Shown here piece by piece: positions 58,343-64,000 of a DNA stretch of 64,000 nucleotides. The notes beneath the pieces were generated by a model. The model had not been told where the DNA came from. It did not search any database and saw nothing but the letters and a program-made list of their open reading frames with translations. The first letter of the stretch is position 1, and every line of letters starts with the position of its first letter. This stretch comes from an uncultured Nitrososphaerota archaeon (GTDB lineage: Archaea; Thermoproteota; Nitrososphaeria; Nitrososphaerales; Gagatemarchaeaceae), in contig CAVRAG010000008.1 in assembly GCA_963718895.1 (NCBI GenBank), positions 448,001-512,000 on the forward strand. Direction: 5' to 3'. Both the position numbers and the translations under genes were made by a program.

Positions 58343-59617
58343 ATGGCTGTAGCGGGAGAAGAGCTCGTCCTCACTGCCTTCATCGTGCTAATGCTCATCG
58401 CCCAGCTCCTCTCGATCAAGGCGAAGGTCCCGTACACGCTGATCCTGGTCTTCATCGGGATAGGGGTGACCGCGCTGGTCTCTCTGCCCTCGCTTGGCTC
58501 GAACATCATCTCTGACGGGCTGCGGACCACAATCTCGCAGATGGGGAGCTTGTACACAGGACTGGTCCAGGGCGGACTCTTCGTGGGCCTGGTCGTCCCC
58601 CCGCTCATCTTCGAGGCGATGATGCACATACGCTCCAGCGACCTGAGGGCTGTGATCGCACCGTCCATCATCCTCGCGACCGTCGGGGTGATCATCGCGA
58701 CGCTCGTGGGAGGTCTCCTCCTCTGGCAGGTCGCCAGACTGTCCCCTACGGTCTCCTTCCTCTTTGCGGCGATAATCGCGCCGACGGACGTGGTCACGGT
58801 CCTCGAGGTCTTCCGGAGGACCAAGGTACCTCCTCGGCTCGGTGCCTTGATGGACACCGAGGCGGCCTTCAACGACGCGACGGCGATCATAGTATTCAGC
58901 ATCGTGCTCTCATCGATAGGCCTGCCGAGGGTCGCAATACTCTCGACTATCTCTAGTTTCGGCCTCACCACGCTGGGCGGCGCGGCCATCGGCTTTTTGG
59001 TCGCCTACGCCGCTGGAAGGATCAACGCGGCTGTGGAGGACAGCCTAGCCGGAATAACTCTCACAATCGCGGCGGTCTACGGCTCCTACGTCTTCGCCAC
59101 GGGTCTCGGCCTCTCGGGCCTGATCGCTGTTGCCGTGACCGGGCTGTACTTCGGTAACGTCACCATGAAGGCAACCGCGCGCCAGGATGCGAGAGACTCG
59201 ATCCTCACCTTCTGGAACGTGGCCGCCTTCGTCGGGAACTCGGTCGCCTTTCTCCTGATAGGCTTCGAGACGAACCTGACCGCGCTGGTGCAGTCGGCGG
59301 GCCTGATCCTGGCGGCCTACGTCGGTGTAACGCTCGCCAGAGCGGCTTCGGTCTATCCGATACTCGCCATCGTCGGCCAAGTGCGCAACAGGATCCCGAT
59401 CTCCTGGAGCAACACTGCGATGCTCGGAGGGATCAGGGGCGCGCTCTCGATAGCGCTCGCGGCCTCGCTCGGGGCATCGACGGTGGTCTCGGCCTCGGAT
59501 GTGCACACGATCACGACGATGGTCCTCGGGGTGGCGTTCCTCTCGATCGTCATACAGGCGCCTCTCCTCGCCAGCTACGTCAGGAGGAAGTTCGCGAACC
59601 AGGAGACATTGGTCTGA
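58343..59617 (+). CDS. CPA1-family Na+/H+ antiporter
   Basis: PPLIFEA, APTD.V.V, E..FNDATA, GGIRGALS. Confidence 0.9.
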   Translation: MAVAGEELVLTAFIVLMLIAQLLSIKAKVPYTLILVFIGIGVTALVSLPSLGSNIISDGLRTTISQMGSLYTGLVQGGLFVGLVVPPLIFEAMMHIRSSDLRAVIAPSIILATVGVIIATLVGGLLLWQVARLSPTVSFLFAAIIAPTDVVTVLEVFRRTKVPPRLGALMDTEAAFNDATAIIVFSIVLSSIGLPRVAILSTISSFGLTTLGGAAIGFLVAYAAGRINAAVEDSLAGITLTIAAVYGSYVFATGLGLSGLIAVAVTGLYFGNVTMKATARQDARDSILTFWNVAAFVGNSVAFLLIGFETNLTALVQSAGLILAAYVGVTLARAASVYPILAIVGQVRNRIPISWSNTAMLGGIRGALSIALAASLGASTVVSASDVHTITTMVLGVAFLSIVIQAPLLASYVRRKFANQETLV

Positions 59618-59746
59618 GGGTTCCCAGACCCCACGGGTTGAAAACCACGTTTCAGTCCCATTTCCACGCCTTCCCCGGGTCGATTGTCCTGTCGATAACT
59701 GTCGGTCGAGAAGTCACACTTGGACTCCGCTAGTTTGAACGAGAGG

Positions 59747-59819
59747 TAGCCCGGCCAGGATTCGGACCTGGGTCACCGGCTCCAAAGGCCAGTATGCTTG
59801 ACTACTACACCACCGGGCT
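59747..59819 (-). tRNA. tRNA-Gln (anticodon TTG)
   Basis: Acceptor stem AGCCCGG/CCGGGCT, anticodon arm CTGGC-CTTTGGA-GCCGG, T stem CCAGG/CCTGG. Confidence 0.9.
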
Positions 59820-59900
59820 AAGTCGTGCTCCGCCATCTTCGGATGAGCTAGATAAGTCTCACTGGACTCGGCCGAGGAAAGGAGGTTTCGGGAGAGAGAT

Positions 59901-60950
59901 TCATCGGGGAACCGTCAGGTAGTTCACGATCCTCTCGACGGGGTCTTCCATCGAGTCGAGCAGCTTCTTGGCCTTCCTCTTGCAGTGGTCGTGGTACTTC
60001 TTGGTCAGCGACTTGCGGACCAGGCGGGTCAGGGCGTCGAGGTTGTGCGTCTTCAGGAGGAGTCCCATCGAGAGGAGATACCTCTCGGTGTAGAGGCCGG
60101 ACCCCTGGTAGGCCGAGATCGTCGGGACCCCGATGAGGGCGGCCTCGGTGGTCATCGTGCCGCCCATCCCTATGAAGACGTCGGACCTCCTTATCAGGCC
60201 CGCGCCGTCCACGACCCTCTCCGGGACGTGGATGATCCTCCCGAACCTCTGCTTGACCATCTCGAGCTGGTCCGGGTATCTGCAGAGGGCGATTATGTTG
60301 GTCTCCTTGAACTCGTCGGCGAGCCGCTGGAGGACCTTGCTGGTCCACGACTCGTCTGTCCCTATCATGTAGGGCGCGTAGGACTCCTCCAGTCGCACGA
60401 GGATGGTCGGGATGCCCGGCTTGGTCTTCACTTCCTGCTGGCTCGGCCTCGGCTCCCTCTTCAGCCAGGCCGCGGGGTCCAGGGCCCTGTACTTCGTTAT
60501 CTCGCTCCGCTGAAGGCCGAAGCGGTACCAGGCGATGTAGGGGATGATCCACGGGGTGAGCAGATGGCTGGAGAACGGAAGCGAGAGCTTGCCTGCGATC
60601 ACGGAGTGCGGGGAATCGCTGACCGCTATGTGCTTCACCCTTATGCCGAAGGAGATCCGGGCACAGTCGGCCGAGGCCACAGAGACAGACGCATCAGGCT
60701 GGAATCCCGCGACCGTCGGCAGGAGGGAGTTCATTCGCTCCAGGCTCGACCTGAGCTGGTCGATGGTCTCCTTCCCGCCCCTGGAACCGACAAACTTCAG
60801 ATCCACCCCCAGCAGGGAAGCGAGCTGCTCGACCTCCCTGTAGTGCCTCGAGGTCGCCAGGACCTCGTGGCCTTTGACCCTCAATTCCTCCATGACAGGG
60901 TTGAAGAAGAGGAGCTGCTTTGGCGTCAGGACGTCGAACCAGAAGCGCAA
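59901..60950 (-). CDS. DUF354 family GT-B-like protein
   Basis: WFD.LTPKQLLFF, G.GGTMT.EAAL.GVPTIS. Confidence 0.85.
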   Translation of the reverse strand: MRFWFDVLTPKQLLFFNPVMEELRVKGHEVLATSRHYREVEQLASLLGVDLKFVGSRGGKETIDQLRSSLERMNSLLPTVAGFQPDASVSVASADCARISFGIRVKHIAVSDSPHSVIAGKLSLPFSSHLLTPWIIPYIAWYRFGLQRSEITKYRALDPAAWLKREPRPSQQEVKTKPGIPTILVRLEESYAPYMIGTDESWTSKVLQRLADEFKETNIIALCRYPDQLEMVKQRFGRIIHVPERVVDGAGLIRRSDVFIGMGGTMTTEAALIGVPTISAYQGSGLYTERYLLSMGLLLKTHNLDALTRLVRKSLTKKYHDHCKRKAKKLLDSMEDPVERIVNYLTVPR

Positions 60951-61102
60951 GGACGCATTCCTTAGAACCGGCGGTTAAAAATTATTCCTCGAGCGCTCGG
61001 CGACCCTGTTTCGCGCCCTGGAACCCCATCAGGCGTGCGGTCTTTTCGACTTGAAAGGCTATATGAGCTTCAGCCAACGATGGTGGTGCCGAGTTCATCG
61101 AG

Positions 61103-62227
61103 TTGCAGAAGATCAGGGTCGCGGTCTACGGCCTCACCACCGAGGGGTACGGCGTCGCATCGAGGTTGGTTGACAGGGCCTCGGTCACGATAGTGGACGA
61201 CACGCTCCAGATGGCAATGGACCTGGACCCGGCCGTTGTGAGGGGCAATCCGACCCTCCAGGAGCTCGTGGGCGGCGAGTCTCTGATGGGGCTCAAACCG
61301 GTCTCCCAGGTGCTCACCGATGCGCGGGTCGTCTTCTTCGCGCCGAAGCTCAGGAAGACCGGGGATGAGTCGATCATCGAGGCGAACACGAAGCTCCGCG
61401 AGGTCGCCAAGAACCTCACCAAGGGCACCATGGTGGTCAACGACCTCCCCACCGGGGTGGGCGGGAACAACGACTACATCGCTCTCATCGAGAAACAGAC
61501 CGGGTTGAAGGTCGGGGAGAGCCTCAACTACGGATACTGTCCTCTGAGGCCCGGGGCCGAGGCCGCGACGGTCGCGTGCTTCGCGAAGATGAAGGACGCC
61601 GGCAGCCTCGAAGGGCTAGGGATGCAGGCCAGCTATGGGGACATCACCGCGGCGGAGCTCGGCTACGCCTCTTCGATCCTGAACGAGAGCACCTCGATGG
61701 CGACGGAGGTCGAGCTCATGAGGAAGGCGAAGGGGCTGAAGCAGATCGCCGGGGGCACCACCGAGAGGTACATCGACGACCTAGCGGCCCACGTCTACGA
61801 CCTGACCGCCATCCAGGCGAGCGAGGACGTCGGGGAGCCCCTGACCTATCTGGCTGGGGCCTCTGTAAAGAGCCTCGAGAACCACGTCCGTTACATCGTC
61901 GACGAGACGAGAGAGCTGCTGAGGGAGCTGCAGCTCAAGGCGAGCAGGACACGCGTCCTCGTGGCCTGGACCGTGGACCGCTACGAGATGCGCGCGGACA
62001 GGATGAAGACAGCGGAGAGCCTTGTGGAGAGACTCAGGGACTACGTCACAGACGTGAAACTGGCCCAGGTGAGCGCCGGCCGTGACGACGTGATCGACTC
62101 GTACAAGCACAACGTCGCCATAGTCTGCTCCCCGAGGGACCTGGAATGGATCAAGAGCCTCAAGACCGGGTCGAGGTCGTCGGAGATTTCCATCCTCAGG
62201 GCCACCCCCGCGCTCCAGCGCGGCTAG
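61103..62227 (+). CDS. Degenerate nucleotide-sugar dehydrogenase-like (WbpA/WecC fold) protein
   Basis: Rossmann-like start (VAVYGL), LIEKQTGLK.G...YCP; canonical GxGxxG and catalytic GGxC not visible. Confidence 0.55.
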   Translation: MQKIRVAVYGLTTEGYGVASRLVDRASVTIVDDTLQMAMDLDPAVVRGNPTLQELVGGESLMGLKPVSQVLTDARVVFFAPKLRKTGDESIIEANTKLREVAKNLTKGTMVVNDLPTGVGGNNDYIALIEKQTGLKVGESLNYGYCPLRPGAEAATVACFAKMKDAGSLEGLGMQASYGDITAAELGYASSILNESTSMATEVELMRKAKGLKQIAGGTTERYIDDLAAHVYDLTAIQASEDVGEPLTYLAGASVKSLENHVRYIVDETRELLRELQLKASRTRVLVAWTVDRYEMRADRMKTAESLVERLRDYVTDVKLAQVSAGRDDVIDSYKHNVAIVCSPRDLEWIKSLKTGSRSSEISILRATPALQRG

Positions 62228-62237
62228 CGGCACCAAA

Positions 62238-63221
62238 GTGTTAAGAGGACTCATCCGAGGAGGAGCTCCGGTTCGTGATAGACGCTTGACAAGGATTGCG
62301 GCCATCGGCACAGGAGGTTGGGGGAAGAACCACGTTAGGGTGCTGAGCGAGCTCGGGGTTCTAGCAGCCATCTGCGACCTCGACAAGTCGAGGGCGGAAC
62401 TGTACTCGAAGAAGTTCGGGGTGAACGGATACAGCGACCTAGACGAGATGCTGAGGAGCGAGGCCCTCGACGGGGTGACAATAGCCACCCCGGCGACCAC
62501 CCACTTCTCGGTCGCGTCGAAGACCCTACGGGCGGGGATAAACTCGTTCGTCGAGAAGCCCATGACGAGCTCTGTGCGGGAGGGAGAGGAGCTGATCAAA
62601 GTGGCCGAGGAGTCCGGGAAGATACTGACAGTGGGCTTCATCGAGAGGTTCAACCCGGCAATCTCGGAGCTGAAGAAGATAACAAAGGAGGGGAGGCTCG
62701 GAAGGCCGATCCTCTTCGAGTATCACAGGGAGAACCGGAGGGGAGACAACATCACCGACGTCGGGGTCGTCAAGGACGCCTCCGTCCATGACATCGACAC
62801 CGCCAGGTGGCTCTTCGGCGAGGAGCCGAAGACGGTCTACGCCCGGGTGGGGAGCGTCCTCGGCAAGAACGAGGATTTCGCGACGATACTCCTAGGGTTC
62901 GGTGACGAGAGGACGGCGTTCATCACCACGAACTGGGTGACCCCCATGCGGGTCAGGGAGCTGAACGCTGTCTTCACCAAGGGAGTTGTCACGGTGGATT
63001 TCATAAGCCAGGAGATGCAGATACACGAGGAGGAGGGGACGAGGGTCCCCAAGCACGACTTCGTCGAACCCCTCGTCCTCGAGCTGAAGGAGTTCGTCTT
63101 GGCGATCGAGGAGAAGAGGCAGCCTCTGGTGACCGGGAAGGACGGGCTCATCGCGATCAGGATAGCCGAGGCGGTGCTCGCGTCCGGAAAGAGCGGAAGC
63201 CCGATCTACCTTCCTCTGTAG
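62238..63221 (+). CDS. Gfo/Idh/MocA oxidoreductase (WbpB-like)
   Basis: IGTGGWGKNH, ATP...H, VEKPM, VGFIERFNP, D..VHDID. Confidence 0.88.
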   Translation: MLRGLIRGGAPVRDRRLTRIAAIGTGGWGKNHVRVLSELGVLAAICDLDKSRAELYSKKFGVNGYSDLDEMLRSEALDGVTIATPATTHFSVASKTLRAGINSFVEKPMTSSVREGEELIKVAEESGKILTVGFIERFNPAISELKKITKEGRLGRPILFEYHRENRRGDNITDVGVVKDASVHDIDTARWLFGEEPKTVYARVGSVLGKNEDFATILLGFGDERTAFITTNWVTPMRVRELNAVFTKGVVTVDFISQEMQIHEEEGTRVPKHDFVEPLVLELKEFVLAIEEKRQPLVTGKDGLIAIRIAEAVLASGKSGSPIYLPL

Positions 63222-63227
63222 ACAGGG

Positions 63228-63506
63228 TCAGGATCCGAGCAGTTCCATAGCCTTGCTCGTCAGCCTGTTGTCCTTGCTCAGGTAGCCGTTGGCCCTCAGC
63301 GACTGGGACTCCTTCTCCACCTCCCCGGCATCCATGGAGAGAGACCTCCCCACATCCTTCGAGTTCTTGTAACCCTGCCTGTTGCACCTCAGGACGACGA
63401 ACTGGGATCGCGTGATGTCGGCAGGCAGCTCGGGGGGATTCCCCTGCTGGGCGCCCATGAGCCCCTGCATGTTCATCCGGCGCATCATCTCGTCAGGAGA
63501 GGACAT
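63228..63506 (-). CDS. Small winged-helix protein
   Basis: Met/Gln-rich N-terminus, then L..NGYL...RLT.KA. Confidence 0.6.
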   Translation of the reverse strand: MSSPDEMMRRMNMQGLMGAQQGNPPELPADITRSQFVVLRCNRQGYKNSKDVGRSLSMDAGEVEKESQSLRANGYLSKDNRLTSKAMELLGS

Positions 63507-63785
63507 GCTCGGTGTCCTTACGGTTCCCTTCCCGAGCCGAAAGGTCGCTCACAACAAGCTGATTTTGCGGCGAGGGAGAAAGGGCTGGCAGGTGAAGCTG
63601 TGAAGGGGAACGGGACGCTGACCCTAATCCTCAGAGTCGATGCCAGCAAGCTGAGCGGCGGGCATGGCCCGCCAACTTAGCAGAACCGTCGCCTCCCGTC
63701 TTCATTCGGATGGGCGAAGAGTCAAAGGCACGACGGAGGAGGGCATCCACAAGCCATAAAGGCGAGAATCGATTCGCAATGATTC

Positions 63786-64000
63786 ATGTCGGCCCAGACG
63801 TCCAAGCTGAGAGTCGCAACCGGGAGAGAAGCAGACCTCTTTGCCCCTCTGCCCAACGGGCGGGTCCAGTGCACAGCCTGCGCCCGGCGATGCCAGATCG
63901 GTGAGGGCCAGATCGGCCTGTGCGGAATCAGGGGCGTGGTCGGGGGCAAGCTCTATCTCCTGAACTACGGCAAGATCATCGCGGGGCAGGTCGACCCAAT
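63786..64000 (+). CDS. AmmeMemoRadiSam-system radical SAM enzyme, 5' part (runs off window)
   Basis: Manual translation ...VQCTACARRCQIGEGQIGLCGIR...GKLYLLNYG....VDP. Confidence 0.8.
   Translation, partial: MSAQTSKLRVATGREADLFAPLPNGRVQCTACARRCQIGEGQIGLCGIRGVVGGKLYLLNYGKIIAGQVDP

Noticed and set aside
59848-60965. Long alternative ORFs over DUF354
   Set aside because: Shadow frames with no motifs.
63540-63720. GC-rich hairpin with GCTGAG and ATGCCAGC as a possible TPP riboswitch or other ncRNA
   Set aside because: The conserved elements are in the wrong order, and no RNase P or SRP core motifs were recognised.

Overview
Archaeal genomic DNA of about 60% GC. TFB, a single-OB SSB, a zinc-ferredoxin, an AglH-like transferase, TATA-type promoters and many cupredoxins point to the Nitrososphaerota/TACK group, probably a non-ammonia-oxidising lineage (inference). 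From left to right: (1) a trpEGDCFB operon (1-4.9 kb). (2) An accessory region (5-35 kb) with a lower-GC three-gene unit (COMMD-like protein, DUF5678, retropepsin-like protease), large surface proteins, a cyclin-only TFB, a Tat flavoprotein, two Nramp/MntH genes with a DtxR/MntR regulator and phased operators, and a redox island. The island encodes a two-subunit heme-copper enzyme with an sNOR-type (nitric oxide reductase) H-x3-N-x3-Y active-site helix, plus cupredoxins, CtaG, three hemerythrin-like proteins, a Rieske protein and a 7Fe ferredoxin. Several of these units share an upstream ATTAC-N4-GTAAAC motif, and the island is bracketed by degenerate tRNA-3'-like repeats. (3) A copper/metal cluster (copT-copR-copA-copZ, tandem sulfocyanin, Cys-rich CDF). 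(4) Housekeeping and glycosylation genes, tRNA-Gln(UUG) and the start of an AmmeMemoRadiSam radical SAM gene. Several conserved genes carry single-base frameshifts, which may be assembly errors. All family assignments come from motif recognition by eye; no database search was run.
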